Assembly (NCBI GenBank): GCA_965213625.1 | Contig: CBDBZU010000004.1 | Span: 960,001-1,024,000 of the forward strand | DNA length: 64,000 bases | Reading direction: 5' to 3' | Origin: a bacterium | GTDB lineage: Bacteria; UBA8248 | In this document: positions 42,588-52,857 of the stretch, in pieces | How positions within the stretch are numbered: position 1 is the first letter of the stretch | How the letters are laid out: each line of letters begins with the position of its first letter | Made by a program: the position numbers and the translations under genes | Notes under the pieces: generated by a model | The model's input: only the letters and a program-made list of their open reading frames with translations | Database searches by the model: none | Told to the model about the DNA's origin: nothing

Positions 42588-43804
42588 GCTTGAAGTTCCC
42601 GATATACATGGATTACCAGGCGACGACGCCCATGGACCCGCGGGTTCATGAAGAGATGAATCCCTACTTCGACGAGAAGTTCGGAAACGCTGCGAGCCGC
42701 AACCACAGCTTCGGCTGGGAGGCGGAGAAGGCCGTGGACGACTCCCGGGAGAAACTCGCCGCCGTCATCAATGCGGACCCGCGCGAGATCATCTTCACGA
42801 GCGGGGCCACGGAGTCGGACAACATGGCGCTCAAGGGCGTCGCCGAGATGTACAAGAAAAAGGGCAACCACATCATCACCTCGGCGATCGAGCACAAGGC
42901 CATCATCGATTCCGCCAAGCGCCTGGAGACCTGGGGTTTCGACGTCACCTACATCGAGCCTCCAGAGGACGGCATCACGACGGCCGAGATGGTCGAGGAC
43001 GCCATGCGCGACGACACCATCCTCGTCTCCATCATGGCGGCGAACAACGAGGTCGGCGTGCTGAACCCCATCGCCGAGATCGGCGCGCTGTGCCGGGGCC
43101 GCGGCATCCTCTTCCACACGGACGCCACGCAGGGCTACGGCAAGATTCCCATCGACGTAGAGGAGATGAACATCGACCTCCTCTCGGCCTCCGCGCACAA
43201 GGTCTACGGGCCCAAGGGCGTGGGGTTGATTTATGTGCGCAGGCGCAGGCCGCGTGTGCGTCTTTCGGCCATCATCGACGGCGGCGGCCACGAGCGCGGA
43301 ATGCGATCGGGCACGCTGAACGTTTCGGGCATCGTCGGCTTCGGCAAGGCGGCCGAGTTGTGCATGGAGGAGATGGAGGAAGAGAACATCCGCCTGACGA
43401 ACCTGCGCGACAAGTTCAAGGCCACCATGTTCGAGAGCTTGGAAGATGTGTACGTGAATGGACATGAGACCAATCGCCTCTCTGGCAACCTGAACCTGAG
43501 CTTCCCCTACGTGGAGGGCGAATCGCTCATCATGGGGCTGAGCGACGTGGCCGTATCCTCAGGCTCGGCCTGCACATCGGCGAGTCTCGAGCCGAGCTAC
43601 GTGCTCAAGGCCATGGGCCGGGGCGACGAATTGGCGCATTCATCGATTCGTTATGGCTTCGGGCGCTTCTCCACCGAGGAGGAGATAGACTACGTGGCCG
43701 AGAAGACGACGGACATCGTGAACCGGCTTCGCGAGATGAGCCCGCTCTATGAGATGGTGAAAGAGGGCGTGGACCTCTCCAAGGTGGAATGGCAGTCGCA
43801 TTAA
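42584..43804 (+). CDS. iscS: Cysteine desulfurase
   Basis: [33 protein letters not shown]. Confidence 0.98.
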   Translation: MSLKFPIYMDYQATTPMDPRVHEEMNPYFDEKFGNAASRNHSFGWEAEKAVDDSREKLAAVINADPREIIFTSGATESDNMALKGVAEMYKKKGNHIITSAIEHKAIIDSAKRLETWGFDVTYIEPPEDGITTAEMVEDAMRDDTILVSIMAANNEVGVLNPIAEIGALCRGRGILFHTDATQGYGKIPIDVEEMNIDLLSASAHKVYGPKGVGLIYVRRRRPRVRLSAIIDGGGHERGMRSGTLNVSGIVGFGKAAELCMEEMEEENIRLTNLRDKFKATMFESLEDVYVNGHETNRLSGNLNLSFPYVEGESLIMGLSDVAVSSGSACTSASLEPSYVLKAMGRGDELAHSSIRYGFGRFSTEEEIDYVAEKTTDIVNRLREMSPLYEMVKEGVDLSKVEWQSH

Positions 43805-43887
43805 AGGAGCGTTAAGCTTATTTTGATTTAGAGCCTGCGGCTCACGGAAACTCAGATTCGCAGTGATTGGAAAAAGGAGAATGAAAA

Positions 43888-44298
43888 ATGGCTTACAGCG
43901 ACAAGGTGGTCGATCATTACAACAACCCGCGCAACGTCGGCTCGCTCGACAAGGCCGACCAGACGGTAGGCACGGGCGTCGTCGGCGCGCCCGAATGCGG
44001 CGACGTGATGAAGCTTCAGATCAAGGTGAACGACGGCGGCCTCATCGAGGATGCGAAGTTCAAGACCTTCGGCTGCGGAAGCGCCATCGCATCGAGTTCC
44101 CTGGCCACCGAGTGGCTCAAGGGCAAGACGGTGGACGAGGCCGAGGAGATCAGGAACACGCAGATCGTCGAGGAGTTGAACCTCCCGCCGGTGAAGATTC
44201 ACTGCTCCGTGCTGGCCGAAGACGCCATCAAGACCGCGCTGAACGATTTTCGCGAGAAAAACGGGATGCCGGTCGTCGAGCGCAAGGGCCACCACTAG
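43888..44298 (+). CDS. iscU: Fe-S scaffold protein
   Basis: NPRNVG, APECGDVM, TFGCGSA, LPPVKIHC. Confidence 0.98.
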   Translation: MAYSDKVVDHYNNPRNVGSLDKADQTVGTGVVGAPECGDVMKLQIKVNDGGLIEDAKFKTFGCGSAIASSSLATEWLKGKTVDEAEEIRNTQIVEELNLPPVKIHCSVLAEDAIKTALNDFREKNGMPVVERKGHH

Positions 44299-44329
44299 AA
44301 GCGGGCGATTCATCTGCAAGGGGTAGGAT

Positions 44330-44686
44330 ATGGATACCGCCGCGAAAAGACTGAGCATCGAGATAACCGACAAGGCGGTGGAGCACGTGAACCGCTTCAG
44401 GGAGAAAGAAGGGGCGCAAGGTCACGTCCTCCGCGTCGGCGTGAAGGGAGGAGGCTGCTCCGGGCTTTCCTACGTCCTCCAGTTCGAGGGTGAGGAACGC
44501 ATCAATCAGCTCATGGACGAAGTGTTCGAAAAAGACGGCGTCCGGGTGATCGTGGACAAGAAGAGTCTCTTTTTCCTGGCGGGCACCACGCTGGATTTTG
44601 AAGACGGGCTGATGGGCAAGGGGTTTGTGTTCAAAAACCCCAACGCACGCCAGTCCTGTGGTTGCGGGGAAAGCTTTTCCGCGTAA
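44330..44686 (+). CDS. iscA: Fe-S assembly accessory protein
   Basis: GGGCSGLSY, NPNA..SCGCGESF. Confidence 0.95.
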   Translation: MDTAAKRLSIEITDKAVEHVNRFREKEGAQGHVLRVGVKGGGCSGLSYVLQFEGEERINQLMDEVFEKDGVRVIVDKKSLFFLAGTTLDFEDGLMGKGFVFKNPNARQSCGCGESFSA

Positions 44687-44791
44687 CGCAACCGGGATGA
44701 AACGCGCCGCGCCCATACCACTTGGGATAGCGACGCGTTTTTCTTTTGAGTTCATAGCGCCCGGCGGTTCATGCGGGCCTGGAATCGTGAG

Positions 44792-45433
44792 ATGAGCGAA
44801 GCGACGAAAGAAAAGCCTTTTTCCGTTTTCAATGAAGATGGCGAGATTGAAGCCATCCCCGCCGAGGTCGATCATTTTACTTTGCTGGGCGTTCGGCGGA
44901 AATTCAAGGCCGATGCCGATGCGCTCGAGGCCAGATTCTACGAACTGAACCGGAAACTTCACCCTGATTTCTTTATGGATGCGCCCGTCGCGGCGCGGAT
45001 TCGGAGTCTGGACGCGACGGCCCGCATCAACGAGGCGTACCAGACCCTCAAGGATCCGATTGCGCGCGTCGTCTACCTCGTGCAGCTCGAAAGCGGAAAG
45101 CTCGAGGAAAACGAGCGGAGACCCCCGCCCGAGCTGTTCGAGGAGATATTCGAGGCCCAGGAGGCGGCGGCGGAGTTTCAGTGCTGCGCGGACGAAGAGG
45201 AAGCCGAGAACCTGCGCGAACGCTTGAGCGCGGCCATGGGATGTTTTTCCGCACTCAGGGACGGCCAGCGCACGGCGCTCGACAGGCTGGGCGCCGACTG
45301 GGACGAAGCGGTGGAAAATGACGAGCCCGTACCACCTGAAGTCGTCAAAACAATGCGCTCCATCCTCGGACAGAGGAACTACATCGAGAACACCCTCACG
45401 AGCCTCAAGCGCGCCCTGGAGGAGAGCGAATGA
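44792..45433 (+). CDS. hscB: Fe-S co-chaperone
   Basis: J-domain HPD, INEAYQTLKDP; position in operon. Confidence 0.92.
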   Translation: MSEATKEKPFSVFNEDGEIEAIPAEVDHFTLLGVRRKFKADADALEARFYELNRKLHPDFFMDAPVAARIRSLDATARINEAYQTLKDPIARVVYLVQLESGKLEENERRPPPELFEEIFEAQEAAAEFQCCADEEEAENLRERLSAAMGCFSALRDGQRTALDRLGADWDEAVENDEPVPPEVVKTMRSILGQRNYIENTLTSLKRALEESE

Positions 45434-47265
45434 GCGATATCGTCGGGATCGACCTGGGCACGACGAACAGCCTGGTCGCTTCCGTGTCGGGAGGGGAGCC
45501 TGCGATACTCGCCCCAGAAGGCGAGCGCGGCATCGTTCCTTCCGTGGTCAGTTTTCACTCCGACCGCGTTCTCACCGGCGATGAGGCGCAGGAAGAGCGC
45601 GTCTCCAACAGCCGCAACACCATATTTTCCATCAAGCGATTCATGGGCAGGGGCTATGAGGACGTGAAAGACGAGATGCGTCACCTGCCCTTCGACGCGG
45701 ACCCCGATGAGCGGGAAGTCGTTCATATGCTGGCGCAGGGCCGTTCCTACAGCGCGCCCGAAGTCAGCGCCCTGGTGCTTAGACGACTCAAGTCAAGGGC
45801 CCAGAAAACGCTCGGCAGGCCCGTCCTCAGGGCGGTGGTAACGGTTCCGGCGTATTTCAACGACGCGCAGCGCCAGGCGACGAAAGATGCAGGCAAGCTC
45901 GCGGGCCTGGAAGTGCTCCGCATCATCAACGAACCAACGGCGGCTTCTCTCGCCTATGGCCTTCATGAGCGAAACCGCGGTGTCGTCGCGGTCTACGACC
46001 TGGGTGGGGGTACGTTCGACATCTCGCTGTTGAGGATCAAGGACGGCGTGTTCGAGGTGCTCTCCACCGGCGGAGACACCCACCTGGGCGGAGATGATTT
46101 CGATCGGGCGATCTCTCTCCATATCCAGAAAGGAATTCATGAGCAACATGGCGTGGATTTGAGCGAAACGCCCGAAGCGCTGGCCGAGCTCGCGCTATTG
46201 GCCGAACACGTCAAGAAGACGCTCTCAGACAGCGAATCTACGGAATACATTCTCGAAAACCCCGGCGGCGTCCCGCTCTCTCATAAGGGAAGTCTCACCC
46301 GAGAGGAGATGGAAGCGCTCCTTTGGCCCATTGCCCAGCGCACGTTGGCGCCTTGTAGGCGCGCGCTTGCGGACGCGGACCTCACGCCTGGAGGGGTGGA
46401 TGAAGTCGTTCTGGTGGGTGGGTCCACGCGCATGCCCCTCATCCGCCGCATGGTGGAGGAGTTGTTCGAAAAACGCCCGCATGCGGACCTGGACCCGGAC
46501 GAGGTGGTGGCCCTGGGCGCCGCAGTGCAGGCGGATATCCTGGCAGGCGGCCGAAAGGACATGCTGCTCCTCGACGTGACGCCGCTGTCTTTGGGCATCG
46601 AGACCATGGGCGGCGTCATGGGGTGGATTATTCCGCGGAACACAACCATCCCCACGAGCGCCAGGGAGACCTACACCACCTTCAAGGACAACCAGACGGG
46701 CGTGGACATCCATGTGCTCCAGGGCGAGCGTGAACTGGTGAAGGACAACCGCTCGCTCGCGCATTTCCGCCTGACCGTCGACCCGGCCCCCGCCGGACTC
46801 GCCCGGGTGGAGGTGACGTTTCTGCTCGACGCGAACGGCATCCTGAACGTGACCGCCCGGGACCTCAAGAGCGGCAAGGCGGCCTCGGTGGATGTGCAAC
46901 CCTCTTACGGGCTGACGGACGAGCAGGTAGAACGCATGCTCATCGAATCTTTCGAACACGCCGAGCAGGACATCCGCTCCCGACAGGTTCTGGACGCCAG
47001 AACGGAGGCGGAGACCATCCTCATGGCCACGGTCCGCGCGATGAACGATTATGGAGAGGATGCCGTTTCTCTCGAGGAACGCGCGAAGATTCAGGCAGCC
47101 GTGAGCGCGCTGGAAGAGTCCTGCCGGTGCGAGGATGCAGGCCAGATTCGCGACATGGTCGACGCGCTCAACGAAGTCACAATGCCGCTCGCAGAGCGGA
47201 TGATGGATAATGTTTTGAAATCTGCCTTGGAGAACAAGAGGGTGAGCGAAGCCCTCAACGACTAG
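45430..47265 (+). CDS. hscA: Fe-S chaperone (Hsp70 family)
   Basis: [30 protein letters not shown]; position in operon. Confidence 0.95.
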   Translation: MSDIVGIDLGTTNSLVASVSGGEPAILAPEGERGIVPSVVSFHSDRVLTGDEAQEERVSNSRNTIFSIKRFMGRGYEDVKDEMRHLPFDADPDEREVVHMLAQGRSYSAPEVSALVLRRLKSRAQKTLGRPVLRAVVTVPAYFNDAQRQATKDAGKLAGLEVLRIINEPTAASLAYGLHERNRGVVAVYDLGGGTFDISLLRIKDGVFEVLSTGGDTHLGGDDFDRAISLHIQKGIHEQHGVDLSETPEALAELALLAEHVKKTLSDSESTEYILENPGGVPLSHKGSLTREEMEALLWPIAQRTLAPCRRALADADLTPGGVDEVVLVGGSTRMPLIRRMVEELFEKRPHADLDPDEVVALGAAVQADILAGGRKDMLLLDVTPLSLGIETMGGVMGWIIPRNTTIPTSARETYTTFKDNQTGVDIHVLQGERELVKDNRSLAHFRLTVDPAPAGLARVEVTFLLDANGILNVTARDLKSGKAASVDVQPSYGLTDEQVERMLIESFEHAEQDIRSRQVLDARTEAETILMATVRAMNDYGEDAVSLEERAKIQAAVSALEESCRCEDAGQIRDMVDALNEVTMPLAERMMDNVLKSALENKRVSEALND

Positions 47266-47303
47266 AAACCGCGGACAACTCGAGCGGAGCGCAGGGGAAG
47301 AAA

Positions 47304-47660
47304 ATGGCGAAACTTTATTTCACGGAAGAGAAGCAGACGATTGACATCCATGTGGGTGAGAACATTCTCGAAGTGGCGCTTGAAAACGGCATCGACCTGG
47401 ATCATGCCTGCGGCGGCGTATGCGCCTGCTCGACGTGCCATGTGAAGATCCGCACCGGTGCGGATTCCTTCAACGAATCGACCGATGACGAGGAAGATCA
47501 ACTCGATGACGCGCGTGACGTAGACCTCGACAGCCGCTTGGCCTGCCAGGCGACTCTGGAGGAGGACACGGACGAGGTCATCGAACTAGAGGTGCCGTTC
47601 TGGAACGTGAATCTCGTGCAGGAAGGCCCGGACGCGGCCCGGGAGCAACACGCTCATTAG
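47304..47660 (+). CDS. fdx: ISC [2Fe-2S] ferredoxin
   Basis: HACGGVCACSTCH, SRLACQ. Confidence 0.95.
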   Translation: MAKLYFTEEKQTIDIHVGENILEVALENGIDLDHACGGVCACSTCHVKIRTGADSFNESTDDEEDQLDDARDVDLDSRLACQATLEEDTDEVIELEVPFWNVNLVQEGPDAAREQHAH

Positions 47661-47682
47661 TAATTTTGTTTCAGGAGAAAAA

Positions 47683-47904
47683 TTGGTGGATACGTTTGGC
47701 TGGGAAGACGCCGAGGATATCGGCATCGTGCTGTATGAGAAATTTCCGAAGGTAGACCCGCTCTCCGTCCGTTTCACCGATTTGCACGAGTGGGTATGCG
47801 AGCTGGAGGAGTTCAAAGACGATCCGATGTCCTCGACGGAGGGAAAGCTCGAGGCCATTCAGATGGCGTGGCTCGAAGAATACAAGGATGCGCAGGAAGC
47901 ATAA
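47683..47904 (+). CDS. iscX: Fe-S assembly protein IscX
   Basis: W.D..DI.I.L.E..P.VDP..VRFTDL..W, LEAIQMAW. Confidence 0.95.
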   Translation: MVDTFGWEDAEDIGIVLYEKFPKVDPLSVRFTDLHEWVCELEEFKDDPMSSTEGKLEAIQMAWLEEYKDAQEA

Positions 47905-47998
47905 TCATTTTTCCCGTTTATCGAACAAGCGGCGCTGCTTTTCCGGCCGGTGCGCTCAGGCATTAAGTACTTACAAAGAATGATTCGAGGCGAGTGAC

Positions 47999-48808
47999 GT
48001 GAGCGAAGAACAACGTGCGGACGGAAAAATACTGCTCTCCAGGAAAGATGCGGTGGCGACGATCACCTTCAACGCGCCCGAGCGGCTGAACGCTATCGAA
48101 TATGAGATGTGGGTGGAAATCGGCAGTCTCATGCCCGAGCTCGACGCGGACGATTCGGTGCGCGCCGTCGTCTTCAGGGGTGCCGGTGAGCGCGCCTTCT
48201 CCGCCGGTGCGGACATCTTGCGCTTCAAGCAGGAGCGTTATAGTTCCGAGCAAGCCAAACATTTCTCGGAAACAGGTTTTCTGCGCGGCCTCGATGCGGT
48301 CGATGCGTTCTCAAAACCCGTCATCTGCCTCATACGCGGCGCCTGCGTGGGCGGGGGCGTGGAGCTCGCCGCCGCTACGGACCTGCGGGTCGCGGGCGAG
48401 AGTTCGCGTTTCGGGATTCCTGTGGCCAAGCTCGGCCTCGTGGCGGGATATTCCGAGCTCAGGCGATTCGTATATTCCATCGGCCCCGCGCGCACGCTGG
48501 ACATGCTGCTCACCGCCAAACTCTTCACGGCCCGGGAAATGCTCGATGCAGGCTTTCTGGCGCGCGTCGTGCCGGATGAAGAGGTGGAAGCTGCGGCGTA
48601 CGGGATGGCGGAGCGCATCGTTTCCCTGGCGCCACTCGTACACAAATGGCACAAGAGCTTCGTGAAAAAGGTGCTTCTGGACCCGAGCCTCTCTTCTCTC
48701 ACCGAAGAAGAGAAGGCGCGCGAGGTCGCTTGTTTCGATACAGAAGATTTCAGAGAGGGCGTGGAGGCGTTTTTGAACAAGCGTACGCCTGAATTCCGGG
48801 GAAAATAA
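47999..48808 (+). CDS. Enoyl-CoA hydratase/isomerase
   Basis: AFSAGADI, GGGVELA, DFREGVEAFL.KR.P.F.G. Confidence 0.93.
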   Translation: MSEEQRADGKILLSRKDAVATITFNAPERLNAIEYEMWVEIGSLMPELDADDSVRAVVFRGAGERAFSAGADILRFKQERYSSEQAKHFSETGFLRGLDAVDAFSKPVICLIRGACVGGGVELAAATDLRVAGESSRFGIPVAKLGLVAGYSELRRFVYSIGPARTLDMLLTAKLFTAREMLDAGFLARVVPDEEVEAAAYGMAERIVSLAPLVHKWHKSFVKKVLLDPSLSSLTEEEKAREVACFDTEDFREGVEAFLNKRTPEFRGK

Positions 48809-48813
48809 TACTG

Positions 48814-50016
48814 ATGAGCCGAAAGACGGGAGGGCCGCTCGAGGGCGTACGCGTGCTGGAGGTCTGCCAGGTGATGGCCGGCCCGTTCTGCGGGTGCCTG
48901 CTGGCGGATATGGGTGCGGACGTCATCAAGATCGAAAATCCCGACGGCGGGGACAGCGCGCGCCATCTCGGCCGCTATTTCGACGGCGGCGAAGCGCACG
49001 GCTTCATGAACCTGAATCGCAACAAGCGCAGCATTTCGGTGAACATGAAAACGCCGGAAGGCGTCGCGCTCATGAAAGAACTCGCGAAAAAGGTCGACGT
49101 GTTCGTCGAGAACATACGGCCCGGCATCATGACGAGAATCGGCCTGGGTTATGAGGACTTGAAAGAACTCAATCCCGGTCTCGTCTACGCTTCCATCTCC
49201 GGCTATGGCGACTCCGGCCCTTTCGCGGGCAAGGGCGGGTTCGATCTCGTCTCACAAGGCCTCTCGAGCCTCATGAGCTTCACGGGCGAACCCGGCGGCG
49301 CGCCTGCGAAGATACCCGTTCCGATATGCGACTTGAACGCAGGCATGTACACGGCGCTCTCGATTCTCTCCGCCTACATCCACAAGCAGCGAACCGGCGA
49401 AGGCCAGCGCATCGACATGGCGCTGACCGACGCAGGACTCGGCTACACCTTCTGGCAGGCGTCACAGTTCTTCCCATCGGGCGAGCCGCCGGAACCGCTC
49501 GGCTCCGCACACGAGATGACGGCGCCTTATCAGGCATTTCAGTGCAAAGACGGCTATCTGGCCCTGGGCGCCGCCAACCAGAGAAACTGGGAGCTATTCT
49601 GCGGAACTATCGGGCGGGAAGATCTTCTCGATCGCGAGGAATACGCGACCGACGGCTTGAGGCGCGAGAACTATCTCGCACTCGCGGGTGAGCTGGACGA
49701 GGTGTTCATCGAAAAGTCGCGAGACGAGTGGGTGGCGCTTCTCGATTCAGGCGGAATCCCCTGCGGGCCGATTCTGAACATGGCGGAAACCTTTGCGCAT
49801 CCTCAAGTTCAGGCCAGGGAGATGAGCGTCGAGATGGAACACCCCGCGGCGGGACGGATACGGGTTCTCGGCTTCCCGCCCAAGCTGTCCGAGACGCGCG
49901 TCGGCGTGAGAACGCCCGCGCCCCTGCTGGGTGAGCACACAGACGAGGTGCTGCGTGAGTTCGGAACGAGCGAGGATGAAATAGCAAACCTGCGAGAAGC
50001 GGGCGTCGTGGCCTGA
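48814..50016 (+). CDS. CaiB/BaiF family CoA-transferase
   Basis: MAGPFC..LLADMGADVIKIE, NRNKRS, PLLGEHT. Confidence 0.95.
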   Translation: MSRKTGGPLEGVRVLEVCQVMAGPFCGCLLADMGADVIKIENPDGGDSARHLGRYFDGGEAHGFMNLNRNKRSISVNMKTPEGVALMKELAKKVDVFVENIRPGIMTRIGLGYEDLKELNPGLVYASISGYGDSGPFAGKGGFDLVSQGLSSLMSFTGEPGGAPAKIPVPICDLNAGMYTALSILSAYIHKQRTGEGQRIDMALTDAGLGYTFWQASQFFPSGEPPEPLGSAHEMTAPYQAFQCKDGYLALGAANQRNWELFCGTIGREDLLDREEYATDGLRRENYLALAGELDEVFIEKSRDEWVALLDSGGIPCGPILNMAETFAHPQVQAREMSVEMEHPAAGRIRVLGFPPKLSETRVGVRTPAPLLGEHTDEVLREFGTSEDEIANLREAGVVA

Positions 50017-50020
50017 GCGC

Positions 50021-50734
50021 ATGGCCAAACCGCCGCCGCCCCTCTCCCCCGGCGTCTATCTCGTCGCCACACCGATTGGTAATTTAGAAGACATCACTGA
50101 ACGCGCCCGCCGCGTGCTGGAAGAATGCGACCTCATTGCCTGTGAGGATACGCGCCATACGGGCAGGCTGCTCTCCCGTCTCGGCGTCAAGAAGCCCCTC
50201 GTCAGCTACCATGAGCACAACGAGGCGAGGCGCGCGGGCGAGCTGGCGGAACGCGCGCTGGGCGGCGAGCGCGTCGCCGTGGTGTCGGATGCGGGCACGC
50301 CGGGCGTCTCCGATCCAGCCTACCGGGTGGTGCGCGCCGCGATAGAAGCAGGCGTTCAAGTCGTTCCCGTACCCGGAGCGTCTTCCGTTCTGGCCGCGCT
50401 CACCGCCTCGGGTCTTCCCACCGACAGCTTCGTATTCGAGGGGTTTCTTCCTTCCAAGGGCCGGAAGAGACTTCAAAAGATCGAGGCGCTGCTCGAAGAG
50501 GAGCGCACGGTCGTCGTGTTCGAATCCCCCCACAGAACGCCAAGGCTCGTGAGTGAAATCGCCTCCATCGCCCCCGCACGGCCCCTCGCCCTTGCGCGCG
50601 AGATCACGAAACTCCACGAGGAGATTTTAAGGGATACGGCGCAGGGGCTGGCCGATACGCTGAAAAACAAAAAGATAAAAGGCGAGTGCGTCCTGCTTAT
50701 GGGGCCGAAGCGCATGGAAAAGACGGACGATTGA
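50021..50734 (+). CDS. rsmI: 16S rRNA (cytidine1402-2'-O)-methyltransferase
   Basis: VATPIGNLEDIT.RA, CEDTR, SDAGTPGVSDP, ARE.TK.HEE. Confidence 0.96.
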   Translation: MAKPPPPLSPGVYLVATPIGNLEDITERARRVLEECDLIACEDTRHTGRLLSRLGVKKPLVSYHEHNEARRAGELAERALGGERVAVVSDAGTPGVSDPAYRVVRAAIEAGVQVVPVPGASSVLAALTASGLPTDSFVFEGFLPSKGRKRLQKIEALLEEERTVVVFESPHRTPRLVSEIASIAPARPLALAREITKLHEEILRDTAQGLADTLKNKKIKGECVLLMGPKRMEKTDD

Positions 50735-50813
50735 GGGCGGAAGGCAAGCCTGAGTGAATTGTTGTATGATCACTGTTTCCCAATTACTCGCCACGCCTTC
50801 AGGAGGTCACGTC

Positions 50814-51683
50814 ATGACGCGCCCACCTATCGTAAAAATTGCAACGCTCGCCCTCACAATCTCATTCGTCTTCATATCCACCGCGTCCGCTGCAACCAAG
50901 AGCGGCCCGAAGACGACGGTGGAGGGCATCGTCGCGCAAGTCGGAGACATTCCCATAACATTGGAGGCGTTTTACACCTTCATCAACGAGTTGCCGTCCA
51001 ACATGCAGGCGCAGGCGAAGGCGAACAAGGCGGCGTTCCTGGAAGCCCTCATTCAGCGCATGCTCATGCTCCGGCATGCGGATGAAAGTAATTTTCTGGG
51101 TACCGAGCGGGTGAAAATGCAGTTGGCGCGCGCGCGGCGCGAGATTCTCATCGGCGAGGCGCTTCGCAGAATCGAGGAGGGTTCCAGACCCAAGGCGGCC
51201 GAGATTCTCGCGGAGTATGAGCAGAACAAGGTGAAATACACCGAGCACGGGAAAGTCACCGCGTCCCACATCATGGTCTCGTCCGAGAAAGAGGCGAAGG
51301 ATCTGCTGGCGAAGATCGTGAAGGGAGAGGATTTCGCCGAGCTGGCGAAGAAGTACTCCCTGGCGCCCGAGCGCGCGCTCGGCGGAAGCCTGGGGGAGAT
51401 GGAACGGGGTTCCAGCAAAAGGACGGGTCTGCCCGAGATTATCGAGCAGACGGCTTTTTCTCTGGAGGCAGGCGCGCACAGCGGCGTGGTTCGCAGCATC
51501 TACGGCTGGCACGTCGTGAAAACCTCCAAAAAGGAGGGAGGCAAGCAGCTCAGCTTCCTGGACGTGCAGGAGAAGATCACCAAAGAGATGGGCGAGCGCA
51601 ACAGGCAGGAGGCGATGCGCCAGAAGTTTCTGGAACTCACCGAACGCTACGAGGTGAAAAGGTATTTCGAGAATCTCAAATAG
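50814..51683 (+). CDS. Exported parvulin-type peptidyl-prolyl isomerase
   Basis: AGGAGG RBS; signal peptide; ASHIMV, FAELAKKYS, GGSLG, YGWHVV. Confidence 0.9.
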   Translation: MTRPPIVKIATLALTISFVFISTASAATKSGPKTTVEGIVAQVGDIPITLEAFYTFINELPSNMQAQAKANKAAFLEALIQRMLMLRHADESNFLGTERVKMQLARARREILIGEALRRIEEGSRPKAAEILAEYEQNKVKYTEHGKVTASHIMVSSEKEAKDLLAKIVKGEDFAELAKKYSLAPERALGGSLGEMERGSSKRTGLPEIIEQTAFSLEAGAHSGVVRSIYGWHVVKTSKKEGGKQLSFLDVQEKITKEMGERNRQEAMRQKFLELTERYEVKRYFENLK

Positions 51684-51764
51684 CCATTCCTGCCTTGGTC
51701 CCTGGCTATCTCTTTCATGTGTCCCCGCCGCTGGGGCGGTCTCTAAGAATATGTGGATGAGCAA

Positions 51765-51794
51765 GGAGGGGACGAGAGTCGTCTCGCCCCCTCC
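51765..51794. terminator. Hairpin between convergent genes
   Basis: GGAGGGGACGAGA-GTCG-TCTCGCCCCCTCC. Confidence 0.55.
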
Positions 51795-51798
51795 CGGT

Positions 51799-52853
51799 CT
51801 AGAAGTTGTAACTGAGCGAGAGGACGGCCTTGGTTCCTTTGGATGCGATGAGATCCACGCCGCCGAGGTTCACCGTGGCGTCTTCGTAGTTCAAGCCGAA
51901 GTTCGCAGATAATCCCCGCGCGATGTCGTATTGGACGCCCAGGGCGGCGGAAGTCTTCTCCTCTCCTTCGACCCGTCCGTAGTGGCCTTCGACGGAGACG
52001 CTCAGGACGCCGAATTTAATGCGTACGCCCGTTGAGACGTACCATTGCTCGAACTCCAGGCCGGGCGATGAGAGGGTTTCATAGCCCGCGCCGAGATCGA
52101 ACAAGGCGCTGCCGTAGATGAATTCGCCCACGCCGCTTACGGCGCTGGTGTCGAACCGCCTCAGCCCGTCAGCTGAAGTGAACGCGCCCTGGGTGTATCG
52201 CGCCGTCAGCCGATAGTCTTGCTCACCGATGGGACGTTGATACATTGTCCCGATGTCGAAGCCCCCCTCCTCATCCACCGCTGCGCTCAGGACCCAGGGC
52301 CCGAGACGAATATGATAGCCACCGCCCGACTTATCGAGTGAACCGAAGACGTCGTCGAAGGAGAGAGAAGACGCTCCCGCCCCGCGCGCCGGGTCTGGTT
52401 GCGAACGAGTTCCGTTACGTTGCCGACCGCCGCCGTGCCCCAGATGCCGCCGATGGAGAAGACGGCGTCGTCCTCGTATTCCTCATCCACGCGAGAGGCG
52501 AAACCCGCGTCGGGGTTGTCTTGTGGGTCGGTGGCGTAGCGCCCCGAATAAGTCAGGCGCACCCGCCAGCGGTTGGATAATTGCGTCTGTGCGCCGAGCT
52601 GAAAACCGCCGTTAAAACTCTCGTCCGTGTCTTCGCTTTCCCGGCGATAAGTCCACACGCCGTCCACCTGGCCTTTCGCAACGAGCGTTACGTCGCCGAT
52701 TTCGGTGGCGAGAGGCGCTTCGAGCAGCGACATGTCATCGTAATTGAGAAAGGCATCCTGCGCCCCGGCGGGTCTGGTCGACCCGATGGCGCAGATAAAA
52801 ATAACCGCCGCCCCGAGAAGGCGAAACCACGCAAATTTATTATGTCTCGCCAT
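51799..52853 (-). pseudogene. Outer-membrane beta-barrel/porin split by a single frameshift
   Basis: 5' ORF has a signal peptide; 3' frame is open from ~52385 and ends LSLSYNF; one added base near 52385 gives a ~351-aa protein. Confidence 0.7.
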
Positions 52854-52857
52854 GTTC

